Below, piece after piece: positions 38,273 through 47,571 of a stretch of DNA of 64,000 nt. A program made the translations under genes and the position numbers. The notes beneath the pieces were generated by a model. The model saw only the letters and a program-made list of their open reading frames with translations, had not been told where the DNA came from and made no database searches. Within the stretch, counting starts at the first letter, position 1, and each line of letters begins with the position of its first letter. The stretch lies in the sequence record MZ622713.1; one strand, 5' to 3'.

Positions 38273-38283
38273 AGGAAATTATA

Positions 38284-38877
38284 ATGTCAAAAATTTATTT
38301 TTACACAAGTGCGATGAATGCCGGAAAATCGACACTAGCTATTCAGACAGCGTTTAACTACAAAGAGCGAGGGATGTATCCTTACGTTCTTAAACCGGTT
38401 GTGGATACCCGTGATGGTTGTCCTCGTACGTTGTCAAGTCGTAGCGGTGCTAAGTGGGATAACTGCATTCCTTTCCCTAAAGAAGGGTTGGGTGAACTAG
38501 AGTTATGGTTGCGTAATCCTGAACAAGCACCAGACGTGATTATCATTGACGAAGTGCAATTCATCAGCGTAGACCAAATCGAGGCACTAAGCCTTATTTG
38601 TGCGGAACGTAAGATTCCTTTGTTGTGTTACGGTTTACGTAATAACTTCCAAGGTGGTGGATTCCCTGCTTCGGATTGGTTGTTGCGTCATGCGAGTTCG
38701 ATCAACATTGTGAAAGGGATGTGTTGGTGTGGTAAGAACGCGACACACAACATGATGGTGTTGGACGGGAAAGCTCACTACGGTAGCCCGGGTGAATCAG
38801 CGGTTGTGGTAGGTGGAAATGAAACTTATCATGCGGTGTGTTTAACCCATTTCCGTGAAGGTAAATACGAGCGTTAA
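38284..38877 (+). CDS. tdk: Thymidine kinase (TK1/bacterial type)
   Basis: SAMNAGKST (P-loop), IIIDEVQF, LCYGLRNNFQG..F..S..LL, zinc lasso CWCG...YHAVC..HF. Confidence 0.95.
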   Translation: MSKIYFYTSAMNAGKSTLAIQTAFNYKERGMYPYVLKPVVDTRDGCPRTLSSRSGAKWDNCIPFPKEGLGELELWLRNPEQAPDVIIIDEVQFISVDQIEALSLICAERKIPLLCYGLRNNFQGGGFPASDWLLRHASSINIVKGMCWCGKNATHNMMVLDGKAHYGSPGESAVVVGGNETYHAVCLTHFREGKYER

Positions 38878-38895
38878 ATTAAGTCTCCGCGATGC

Positions 38896-38922
38896 TATGG
38901 AGGTACAAGACGTGCCTCCATA
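38896..38922 (+). terminator. Hairpin between tk and the next gene
   Basis: TATGGAGGTAC-AAGAC-GTGCCTCCATA. Confidence 0.5.
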
Positions 38923-38940
38923 ATTAATCAAGGAGAAGAC

Positions 38941-40137
38941 ATGAAAGATCCAAGACAAATGCTCATCACTCGTATGAGCGAAGTCCGTATTTTGAATGCG
39001 AAGAACTCAGGTGACCCTGCTAAGTTAGAGGAAGCCGAACGTCTCTTCAAAGATTTAACGCTCGAGGAAGTTACGATTAGTGACATCCAAGAAACTGCAC
39101 CCGGTTCAGCTCGTTATTCCGCTAACATTGATCTAAGTCAACGAGGCGGTGGTGTTATCAAGCAGTTCTGGTCCCCGGCAACACCCACGGATGGGTTAAG
39201 AATATTGGCGGATGAACTGGAGATGTTCAGCTCCCAATATAACTTCATGAGTAATAAACCTGTGTACCACCCAATCCTTTTGGAGTACTACGGTTTAAAT
39301 GAAGTCGCTATGTTTTCCGGAGTCATCCCGTTCAATGATTTTGCGGTGAAGAAACTGGTAAACATAGACCCTGAGTTGGTGAAGACGTACTGCTTCGATG
39401 AGTACGTAGTCTTTGCTGGTCCATTCATTAACGGAATTATGCCAGTCCGTGATCTCACCAATCTTTTCCCGACGGAATGTGATCACCCTGACATCAAGAT
39501 TACTTTATGGCATGAAGATGCTAATGGAGTAAAGCAGTATCCGTTAGGTCCTCGTAAGCCTTTGAAAGTCGGTCCTCATGTCACATCTAAAATCATTATT
39601 GATTTAGAAAGTGTCCCGGGGATGGAAGACGGTGATATAATCACGGTGTATTCGACTGAAGGTGGAGCGTACTATAAGGTAGATACTCCTACCGGTTATA
39701 CCTACGCAGCAGGTTCGCCATTGGAAATTATTGTGGATGACCCAGCCGCTATCGGTAAGTGCGTTTGGCTTACGATCAGTAAAGGTTCTGAGTGGCGTGC
39801 TAGTATCCAAGCCATTCCGATCACCAACCACTCCTACCAGTTCATGTTGGACGGTACCATTAACGCCTCTGTTACTTACCCAGACACTGTCACCGGTTCG
39901 TTTAAATTCAAACCAGTCGGAAACGCGGTGTGGGAAATCCCAGAGGACGATGAACGTCCGGGTCTGTATCTTTTTGACCGCGAAGAATTGTTGTACTTCG
40001 TTGAGTTCAATGATCAAACCATGACTGACTTCGAGTTCCCTGTTCTGAACCCGGGCATCTACGAGTTGGCGATACGCACACCGGGTGCGTACAGCTTCCA
40101 ACGTGGAGGGATGCTAGTAATCGGAGCCCCGGAATAA
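38941..40137 (+). CDS. Probable virion protein sharing an N-domain with the Ig-repeat protein
   Basis: AAGGAG Shine-Dalgarno; the first ~80 aa align with 40208..44737; beta-sandwich-like C-terminus. Confidence 0.6.
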   Translation: MKDPRQMLITRMSEVRILNAKNSGDPAKLEEAERLFKDLTLEEVTISDIQETAPGSARYSANIDLSQRGGGVIKQFWSPATPTDGLRILADELEMFSSQYNFMSNKPVYHPILLEYYGLNEVAMFSGVIPFNDFAVKKLVNIDPELVKTYCFDEYVVFAGPFINGIMPVRDLTNLFPTECDHPDIKITLWHEDANGVKQYPLGPRKPLKVGPHVTSKIIIDLESVPGMEDGDIITVYSTEGGAYYKVDTPTGYTYAAGSPLEIIVDDPAAIGKCVWLTISKGSEWRASIQAIPITNHSYQFMLDGTINASVTYPDTVTGSFKFKPVGNAVWEIPEDDERPGLYLFDREELLYFVEFNDQTMTDFEFPVLNPGIYELAIRTPGAYSFQRGGMLVIGAPE

Positions 40138-40156
40138 CCTTATTTTTTTGTCATTT

Positions 40157-40183
40157 TATAAGTGGGGGACCGCCCCACTTATA
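40157..40183 (+). terminator. Hairpin
   Basis: TATAAGTGGGG-GACCG-CCCCACTTATA. Confidence 0.6.
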
Positions 40184-40207
40184 TTTGACGTGTACTAAGG
40201 AAGTATA

Positions 40208-43200
40208 ATGAAACACATTCGACAAATCCTGTTAGACAAAACGGCACTGATTCGTATCAGTTACGCTGAGTCTAAAGGTGACCCGGCGGAAATAGCATTA
40301 GCTAAAGCCCGCTTTGAAGGTCTAACGGACGATGAAGTCCAGTTCCTAAGTATCAACGAACGTTACACAGGTGCTGGAACTTATATCGGCGAAATCAAAA
40401 TCACGGGACGTGATGGGTTTGAGTTTAAGCAGGAGTGGTCACCGGGTGATACGGTACCTATGCTTAGCACTAAAGAGCGCATCAAAGTCCCTACTTTGGA
40501 AGTATTCCGCAATATCGTTATTCCGGGACTATATTACGTCGAAGACATCGCAGAACTATGTCTGGTCGTGAAAGACTCAATGACTATCCCTGACATTCAA
40601 CGTTTACTAGGTTTTGAATTTGACCCGGGTGAACTTGAAGTTCGCTTAAGTCATCTAAGGGTTCAGTCTCCTTTTGTAGATGGAACACTTCCTCTTAAAA
40701 CAGTAACTCCTAATCCTGACGGCACTATGACTGACGGTACAGGTATTACGGTAACAGACTCATCTATTGCTGGTAACATTTTGCCTGCTAACCCTTACGC
40801 TCCTACACAGTACATTACGGTGGAACGTGTGGGTTCAGAGCCAGTGTTCTCCGCAGAAATCGATAAAGCGTTTAAAGCTGAATTCGTAGGTAGCTACCGC
40901 CAAGGTGAAATCATCGAAGGCAGCCTAGCAGAAGACAACACATTCAGTGTTGATCTAGATGTTAAGAACCAATTGACTGACGACCTTCAATTATTAGTGT
41001 CGGTAGGTCTAGACCGCGATAAACTCACAGACGTTTACTCGGTGTCGTACATCGATGAACATTGGGCTATCGGCGAGTACACCACGGAAGTGGATTTAAC
41101 TCGTGTTGGTCAACCTTTCCGTATTGCTGGTTCAGTAAGTGGTGATTTCGGTCAAACGCCTTGGGGTAATGAATTACTTAATCCTAAGATCATTGTTGAA
41201 GAAATCGGTCAAGAACCTGTTGAGATACCTTTCAACGTGGATGGTACGTTTGACGTACGACACACACCAGTTGTTGCAGGTGAGATGACGGTTAAGTTTG
41301 TTTGTGGTCTACCACAAGACTTGAACGTGTTCTCTGAAACTCACCAGATCTTAGCCGCCCTTGCTGTGGATGATTTAATCCTAGGTCCTTTGTCAGCAGA
41401 CAAAACCGAAGTGGGTGCAGACGAACTGGTTACACTCACTAGTTCTTTGAAGTCAGCAGACGGACTAACGCTGACTGACGCTCCTGTGGACTTCTTGGTT
41501 GACGATCAAGTATTAACTCAGTTGTTTGCCAACCCAGAAGGTGTTTTACAACATATCTACGATGTAGAGAACGACACCACAGACCCAGTGACTTACGCAG
41601 TTAAACTTCGCTTAGGCGCGGAAGAGACCAACGTAATCACTATCACGGTTCAACCTTCTGATCAAATCCCGGGTCGCTTCGAGATTCTGGTTAATGAGGG
41701 TGAGTTGTTCAAGCCGGGTGAACTACGCTTTAAGATCTATGATACTGTAGATCGTCTGATGGTGGGAACCTCAGGTACTTGGTTCCGTGAGAACGGTGCA
41801 CCTAAAGCTTACGTGGTAGATGGTGAAGAATACGTTGCTCAACTAGATTCTCCTATCGATGTGGAAAACACCGTAGTGGAATCGATCACATTGAAATGTC
41901 AATCACTAGAAACTCCAGTAGACTTTACTTGGAATCTAGTGCGTCGTTTTGATGAAGTGTTCTTGGAACCTACTAACCCTACCGAAGGTGTGACGGATGC
42001 ATCCATCACTCTAAGTGGTAAAACGTTAGACCAGACCGATCAACCTATCGCTAACATTCCGTTGGTATTTAAAGATGATGGTTTGAAGGTATCTGATATC
42101 AGCTCTAACGACCAAGGTGTGTTTAGTGTTAGCGTGACTGCTACTGACGAAGCAGAACACCTATATTCTTTCGTAGGGGAGAATGACATCGGTGCTTCTA
42201 TCGCAGTACAGTGGACTAAGAACCACATCATGAGTTCATTGGAACTGACCAGTTCTACGTCGGTTACGTTGTTCACAGATGAGACTTTTGAAATCATCGG
42301 TAAACTGCTTGACCAGTACAATGAAAACATGGCTGGTGAAACAGTTACGTTGGAATACCCTGACGCTCATACCGTGGACCAACAAACCACAGCAGACGGC
42401 TTCAATTTCGTAGCAGCTTACCGTGACAACGGTTCTTTGAACCACACGTTAACTGTTAAGTCTGGTGAGCTATCCGCTGACGTTAATGTGACTTGGGAAA
42501 CGAAGAGTGACCCTATCATCGCTAACCTAACGGTAGTGCCTAACACTGTAGACATCGGTGAGCAATACACAGTAACTGGTGAGATTCAAGTTAACTACCC
42601 GTACGACTGGTCAACGACTCGCGTAGCTGTAACGAATGATGCAGGCGACGTAGTTAATGTGACGTGTGCGGCAGACGGTAGCTTCTCTTACACAGGTACT
42701 GCGGTTGCTCAAGGTAACTTTACACTACGTGCTGATGCAGTGGATGTGGTTACTCCAGAAGAAACGATCGTGCTTACGGTACGTGAACCTCGTGTAGCGA
42801 CTACTATCAACGTAGCTAACCTACCTGATAGCGCTAGCGTTTGGGACGGCCAAACCGCAGTGATCACTGGTACTATTCTGGACCAACATGGTGCTGTGAT
42901 TGATGTGCCGGTTACGGCTGATCTAGAGGGTACTCCGTTGACCAACACTTCTGAGGTAGCAGGTGAATTCGAGTTCTCTGCAACTTACGTTGGTGTAGGT
43001 ACCGCGGTTATGACCATCAATGCTGGCGAAGTGTCTCGTGAAATCACCATTACTTGGAAAGAAATCACTTACGACATCACTAGCATCAAGTACAGTCCTG
43101 AAGGTGTAGTACAAGGTCAGCCATTTACTTTCCAAGGTAAACTAGTATCTGCGGGCGGTGGTGATGTCGCGAACAAAGACATCGACCTAGTGTTGACTTC

Positions 43201-44737
43201 TGACTACACTGTACTGACTACGGTTACTACAGATGTGGACGGTAACTTCAGCGGTCAATACGCAACGAACACTCCGGGTGCTCTATCTACCTCGATCAAG
43301 TTCGGTACATTGGTTAAAGGTCCTTACACGACTATCATCAGTGAGATCATGGTTCCGACTACGGTTTCTATTAACACAGATCCTAAGACCGAGAACATCG
43401 GTACTAACGTTAACTTCTCAGGTCTAGTTAAAGACCAGAAAGGTAACATCATGGTTGGTGTGTTGGCAGAACTTAAAGACGGTGACACTGTTGTTAAGTC
43501 TCAGGAAACGTTGTTTAATGGTCGCTTTAGCATCGATCATACTGAAGCAACAGCTGGCGTTAAAGTCTACACTATCAAAGTGGGTGACGTTACTCATGAC
43601 ATCCAAGTTACTTGGATGGATCCTAATGCAGTGGCAACGATTAACCAAATCGCACCAATCGACAATGACGCATCAACCGGTGAAACCATCACGGTAACTG
43701 TTGAGCTACTAAACAGCTCTGGCGGTGCAGTGAGTGGTGTAACTCCAACGTTCACTTACACTGGTACAGCAACTCCTGAACAAAACGGTAACGTGTTCAC
43801 AATCACTGAAGCGGGTGAAACTAACGCAACATTGACAGTATCTGCTAATGGCGTTGATTTACCAGTTGCATTGACTTGGACTGCTCCGGCTCCGGTTTAC
43901 ACAGAACTAAGAATCGTCTCTGGCGATACTGAGGGTGTAATTGGTGAAGATGTTCCTGTCGTTGTAACAACGCTTGACCAGTTCGGCAACCCAATGGGTA
44001 ACCAAACTGTTGTTTGGGATGACGGTGGTATTCCATACCCTGTAAGAACTTCAGGTCCAGATGGTACGTTGACGTTTAATATGTCACACGACCAAGCTGA
44101 AGCTGTAACTTACAACTTCGCTGGCGACAGCGGTCAGGTTAAAGCTACCCACACCATTACTTGGTCAGCACCAGCACCAGTTTACTCTTCTATCGAAGTA
44201 GTATCAGGTGTAACTGAAGCGTCTGTTGGTACCGATGTACAAGTTAAGGTAGTAACTAAAGACCAATATGGTAACCCAATGCCTAACCAGTTGATCATCT
44301 GGGATACAGGCGGCATTCCGTTCCCTCAAACATCAAGTGATGAGAATGGTGAGAAGACCTTTACGTTCAATGAAGCTAGCCCGACTACAATCACTTACCG
44401 ATTCGCCGGTGGCAGCGCAAGCGTAACGAAAGCTACTCACACTATCACTTGGTCTGAACCTACTCCTGTTTACACAAGCATCGATGTTCAACACGGTAAT
44501 CTAGATGTCGCAGTAGGTGAAACGGTAACCTTCACCATCACTACCCTTGACCAAAATGGACAACCAATGGATCAAGAGCAAGTTGTGATGTATGATGGTA
44601 GTATGACTTGGCCGGCTCGCACTTCTAATCTAGAAGGCGTGGTGGTGTATGAGTTTACGTCAGCCGAAGCTAAGAGCGTAACTTACACATTCATTGGCGG
44701 AGACGATCGTAAAGAGTACACCGTAACTTGGAGCTAA
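40208..44737 (+). CDS. Large acidic protein with tandem bacterial Ig-like (Big) domains; probable virion surface fibre
   Basis: 1509 aa; ~95-aa Thr/Val-rich repeats with (L/K)DQ.G.P(M/I)....V and S/TD..G.F motifs, ending in TW. Confidence 0.8.
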   Translation: MKHIRQILLDKTALIRISYAESKGDPAEIALAKARFEGLTDDEVQFLSINERYTGAGTYIGEIKITGRDGFEFKQEWSPGDTVPMLSTKERIKVPTLEVFRNIVIPGLYYVEDIAELCLVVKDSMTIPDIQRLLGFEFDPGELEVRLSHLRVQSPFVDGTLPLKTVTPNPDGTMTDGTGITVTDSSIAGNILPANPYAPTQYITVERVGSEPVFSAEIDKAFKAEFVGSYRQGEIIEGSLAEDNTFSVDLDVKNQLTDDLQLLVSVGLDRDKLTDVYSVSYIDEHWAIGEYTTEVDLTRVGQPFRIAGSVSGDFGQTPWGNELLNPKIIVEEIGQEPVEIPFNVDGTFDVRHTPVVAGEMTVKFVCGLPQDLNVFSETHQILAALAVDDLILGPLSADKTEVGADELVTLTSSLKSADGLTLTDAPVDFLVDDQVLTQLFANPEGVLQHIYDVENDTTDPVTYAVKLRLGAEETNVITITVQPSDQIPGRFEILVNEGELFKPGELRFKIYDTVDRLMVGTSGTWFRENGAPKAYVVDGEEYVAQLDSPIDVENTVVESITLKCQSLETPVDFTWNLVRRFDEVFLEPTNPTEGVTDASITLSGKTLDQTDQPIANIPLVFKDDGLKVSDISSNDQGVFSVSVTATDEAEHLYSFVGENDIGASIAVQWTKNHIMSSLELTSSTSVTLFTDETFEIIGKLLDQYNENMAGETVTLEYPDAHTVDQQTTADGFNFVAAYRDNGSLNHTLTVKSGELSADVNVTWETKSDPIIANLTVVPNTVDIGEQYTVTGEIQVNYPYDWSTTRVAVTNDAGDVVNVTCAADGSFSYTGTAVAQGNFTLRADAVDVVTPEETIVLTVREPRVATTINVANLPDSASVWDGQTAVITGTILDQHGAVIDVPVTADLEGTPLTNTSEVAGEFEFSATYVGVGTAVMTINAGEVSREITITWKEITYDITSIKYSPEGVVQGQPFTFQGKLVSAGGGDVANKDIDLVLTSDYTVLTTVTTDVDGNFSGQYATNTPGALSTSIKFGTLVKGPYTTIISEIMVPTTVSINTDPKTENIGTNVNFSGLVKDQKGNIMVGVLAELKDGDTVVKSQETLFNGRFSIDHTEATAGVKVYTIKVGDVTHDIQVTWMDPNAVATINQIAPIDNDASTGETITVTVELLNSSGGAVSGVTPTFTYTGTATPEQNGNVFTITEAGETNATLTVSANGVDLPVALTWTAPAPVYTELRIVSGDTEGVIGEDVPVVVTTLDQFGNPMGNQTVVWDDGGIPYPVRTSGPDGTLTFNMSHDQAEAVTYNFAGDSGQVKATHTITWSAPAPVYSSIEVVSGVTEASVGTDVQVKVVTKDQYGNPMPNQLIIWDTGGIPFPQTSSDENGEKTFTFNEASPTTITYRFAGGSASVTKATHTITWSEPTPVYTSIDVQHGNLDVAVGETVTFTITTLDQNGQPMDQEQVVMYDGSMTWPARTSNLEGVVVYEFTSAEAKSVTYTFIGGDDRKEYTVTWS

Positions 44738-44767
44738 GCTCTAAACCAAAATAATTAAAATAAGAAG

Positions 44768-44796
44768 TATAAAGCGGACGTTTGGTCCGCTTTATA
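44768..44796 (+). terminator. Terminator hairpin
   Basis: TATAAAGCGGAC-GTTTG-GTCCGCTTTATA then TTATTTT. Confidence 0.75.
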
Positions 44797-44806
44797 TTAT
44801 TTTAAG

Positions 44807-44824
44807 TCTATATCATAAGAGTGT
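44807..44824 (+). promoter_or_regulatory. Putative early promoter
   Basis: TCTATATCATAAGAGTGT, just after a terminator and at the head of an ORF run. Confidence 0.6.
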
Positions 44825-44847
44825 AAGGGAAACTTAATTAAGCTTTT

Positions 44848-45618
44848 ATGAGTAAGGAATTGTCTATGCAACATCAACGTTATTGTCATGACTTCCAGCA
44901 GTTAATGGTCTCTTTGTCATGGCTAGGACAAATCATGGGTTACGTGGAAGTATTCGATGAATACCGAGATCGTAAACTCATTAGTACTGATCACGTATCT
45001 TTCGGGATACACCATGAAAACCAATACGCTTCATATTTCTTTCTGGACGAAGATGGGAAATTCCATGAAGTGCCGTTAAACGAAAAAGGACGTTTGCCAA
45101 CGGTTAAAGTTATTCAGAATCTACGCTCCCTTATCCTTAACCAACCTGAGTTGTTCCGGTTATTGGCGGAGAATGCTGAATCTCTAAATAAACAAATCAT
45201 CAAAGTGGGGGGTGAAACCATGAAACTCCACAGCGATGACATAGCGGTCAAACTAAGGGCACATGGGTTATCAGATTACCAGAGCATCCTAGATGACGAT
45301 CTAAAGGCTTTTAGTAGCAATTGGATGTCTATGTGGATGTGGTTCTTTTGTTTACCTCAGATCGCCGCTGAGTTCGATTTAAGATGTGATGAATCGCATC
45401 TTTTAACCAAAGGTATCATCCGACCAAGAAGTCGTGAGTATTGTGAAACCAAAGTTCAGATCGTCCATACTGAACTGGATAACTACTACATTACTCTGCA
45501 CTTCGAAACCATCAACACCACCAATACTTCGATTGTGTACAAGCACCTAGACCCTAGTTTCTGGGACGACGATCGTTTAGACTCTTTTATCTTAATCCAA
45601 AACTTATACCAAGGTTAA
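44848..45618 (+). CDS. Hypothetical protein
   Basis: 256-aa ORF; alternative start 44866 after AAGGAA. Confidence 0.7.
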   Translation: MSKELSMQHQRYCHDFQQLMVSLSWLGQIMGYVEVFDEYRDRKLISTDHVSFGIHHENQYASYFFLDEDGKFHEVPLNEKGRLPTVKVIQNLRSLILNQPELFRLLAENAESLNKQIIKVGGETMKLHSDDIAVKLRAHGLSDYQSILDDDLKAFSSNWMSMWMWFFCLPQIAAEFDLRCDESHLLTKGIIRPRSREYCETKVQIVHTELDNYYITLHFETINTTNTSIVYKHLDPSFWDDDRLDSFILIQNLYQG

Positions 45619-45665
45619 CACTAATGGTGTCTTCGGGCACCATTAGTTATTATGCCGGAGAACAT

Positions 45666-46685
45666 ATGAAAAAGTTAATACAAGTTATAAAAACCACTTT
45701 AGGTGGACTGGATGTAAACTTTGTTCCTTTCGCAACTGAAGTGGGTGGAGATCACAACGTTGTTTTGGAATGCCAATCTCCCGAAGATTGGAAACTACGT
45801 ACAACTGAGCAAGAAGACATTTTGACTTGCAGTCGTGGTACGGTGGATGTGGTCTTTAAAGAACACCCTAATAAGTTCAATTACTTAATTGGACGCTTGA
45901 GTGATGCGGTCAATCTAGCTTACTTGGACCACCGTGATATCAATCGCTGGATTCCTAAAATCGTAGATCGTGACGTAACTCGTGGTTACTTCAACTTACT
46001 GGTCACCGTTCGTACTATTCTCCGTCACCTTAAGGCTAATGAGGAACATTTCCCTTTCCCTATTAAGCTTGGTGAAGAAAGCGCACTACCGATGTCTTTA
46101 GGACGTTGGAGTGATGACCCAGAAAAAATCCTTTGGAGTTTGGATTTAGCTGGAACAGAAACGTGGATGTTCTTAGATGACCCAGAACCTTGTTACACAC
46201 CAGCAGCTGAATGTCTAGCTATGTGGTGTTCTCGTAATGAGTTAGTCGTGGATGAATTAATCCAGCAACTACGTCAAGAAGCTAAGGCACGCTTTGGTGT
46301 AGAATTCCATTACGACGTTCCGGTCGGGTTATCTATCTTAGCGGAGTTAATGGACCATTCTAAATACCTCGCTACTTACGGACACCTCCCTGCTCCAAAC
46401 ATCGAAGGTGGTAAAGATGGCGTGACCTTAAAGCTAAGTCCGAGTTCTGAACACGGTCGTATCTTGGAACTAACCATCGAAGGTAATCACTATTGTGTCT
46501 CTATCGAATCAGGAGCGATTCTAGATGTTCCTGAAGACATTCTCCCAAGTGATTATCTAAAGTTGAACGTGGTGCTTATCACGTACATTTACAACTACTT
46601 TGGTAACCATGACGCTGAACCATCAGGTCGTGTTATGTTCTGTGACATGATCGATGAGAAAATCAACCAATTAACCGAGATCTAA
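45666..46685 (+). CDS. Hypothetical protein
   Basis: Start revised to ATG 45666 after GGAG. Confidence 0.7.
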   Translation: MKKLIQVIKTTLGGLDVNFVPFATEVGGDHNVVLECQSPEDWKLRTTEQEDILTCSRGTVDVVFKEHPNKFNYLIGRLSDAVNLAYLDHRDINRWIPKIVDRDVTRGYFNLLVTVRTILRHLKANEEHFPFPIKLGEESALPMSLGRWSDDPEKILWSLDLAGTETWMFLDDPEPCYTPAAECLAMWCSRNELVVDELIQQLRQEAKARFGVEFHYDVPVGLSILAELMDHSKYLATYGHLPAPNIEGGKDGVTLKLSPSSEHGRILELTIEGNHYCVSIESGAILDVPEDILPSDYLKLNVVLITYIYNYFGNHDAEPSGRVMFCDMIDEKINQLTEI

Positions 46686-46688
46686 ATT

Positions 46689-47009
46689 ATGTTAAAAGCC
46701 CAATTGCAATTATTCCGCGACTCTATTGATCTTCGTGGTAAAGAGCCTTGCGGTAAGTATTTCGAAGTGGATGGCTTTGAGATCTTAGCCACTGGTATGA
46801 AAATGGAAGAGGACGGAACAGACGATCTTCCACATGCTGAAAAGAAAGAACTGAAACCACACGAAATCAAATTTGCCGAGTGTGTGAAAGAAACCTTTGA
46901 GAACGACATCCTTAATGCTCAGGAGTTGTTAGGTGACGCGTGTCCTTTTGAAGTGACATGGGTGATCGGTGATTACTTGATTGGTTTCGTGTCAAAACAA
47001 ATCAAATAA
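46689..47009 (+). CDS. Hypothetical acidic protein
   Basis: 106-aa ORF in operon. Confidence 0.65.
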   Translation: MLKAQLQLFRDSIDLRGKEPCGKYFEVDGFEILATGMKMEEDGTDDLPHAEKKELKPHEIKFAECVKETFENDILNAQELLGDACPFEVTWVIGDYLIGFVSKQIK

Positions 47010-47098
47010 GTAAGTTAAGACTGTGCCTTTGAATTTTATTGATCAAGAAACTTCACTCCTTCAAAAGTGAACTCAGTAAAAATAATAAGGTACAGTCT

Positions 47099-47551
47099 AT
47101 GAACACGTCATTAGCAGAAATGATTAAGCGCTCAGTCCAGTCACAAACAAATACCAAACTAGAGGGTGACTTTGATGTCGACCTATCTACGGTAAAACAG
47201 AACTGTGATTATCCAGATCGCTTCACTGCTGAAGGTTTCTTAAATGGTAAACGTATTCCGTTGGCTTGGAAGCGTGTGAGCATAACACCTAAGCTCAATG
47301 AAATTTGTGTTGCTCAAGGTGAACGCGAGCATGGTAAAGAAGGTTTGTATTATGACCAAGGCAAGATGCATCATTATCTGGCCGTTCTCCCTAACCACAA
47401 ACTGGAAGACGTCAACCGTTTACTAGGTACTTCTTTTACAGAAGACCAACTTCTATTTAAACCGGAAGGTTTTGAAGGCCGTTGGGTATTACAACACCCA
47501 TGTTACTACGGTCGCATTTTCACTAACGTCTTGCTACCTAAAGCAAGCTAA
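47099..47551 (+). CDS. Hypothetical protein resembling the N-region of the Ig-repeat protein
   Basis: Start revised to ATG 47099 (AAGG Shine-Dalgarno); GLYY...EDVNRLLGTSFTEDQL versus GLYY...PDIQRLLGFEFDPGEL. Confidence 0.6.
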   Translation: MNTSLAEMIKRSVQSQTNTKLEGDFDVDLSTVKQNCDYPDRFTAEGFLNGKRIPLAWKRVSITPKLNEICVAQGEREHGKEGLYYDQGKMHHYLAVLPNHKLEDVNRLLGTSFTEDQLLFKPEGFEGRWVLQHPCYYGRIFTNVLLPKAS

Positions 47552-47571
47552 TATGCTAAGGTTTTATAACC

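Larger units (their letters stand above)
36931..38319 (+). mobile_element. Free-standing HNH homing-endonuclease cassette with a replacement tk 5' end
   Basis: AT-rich segment with its own promoter motif, HNH gene, hairpin and recoded tk start, bounded by the duplicated 12-codon peptide. The right boundary is approximate. Confidence 0.75.

Noticed and set aside
36931-38319. Group I intron interpretation of the tk interruption
   Set aside because: The downstream tk has its own RBS and a full duplicate start. Only ~60 nt flank the HNH on each side, I saw no P7-type core, and no U/G splice pair restores the frame. Not formally excluded without RT-PCR.
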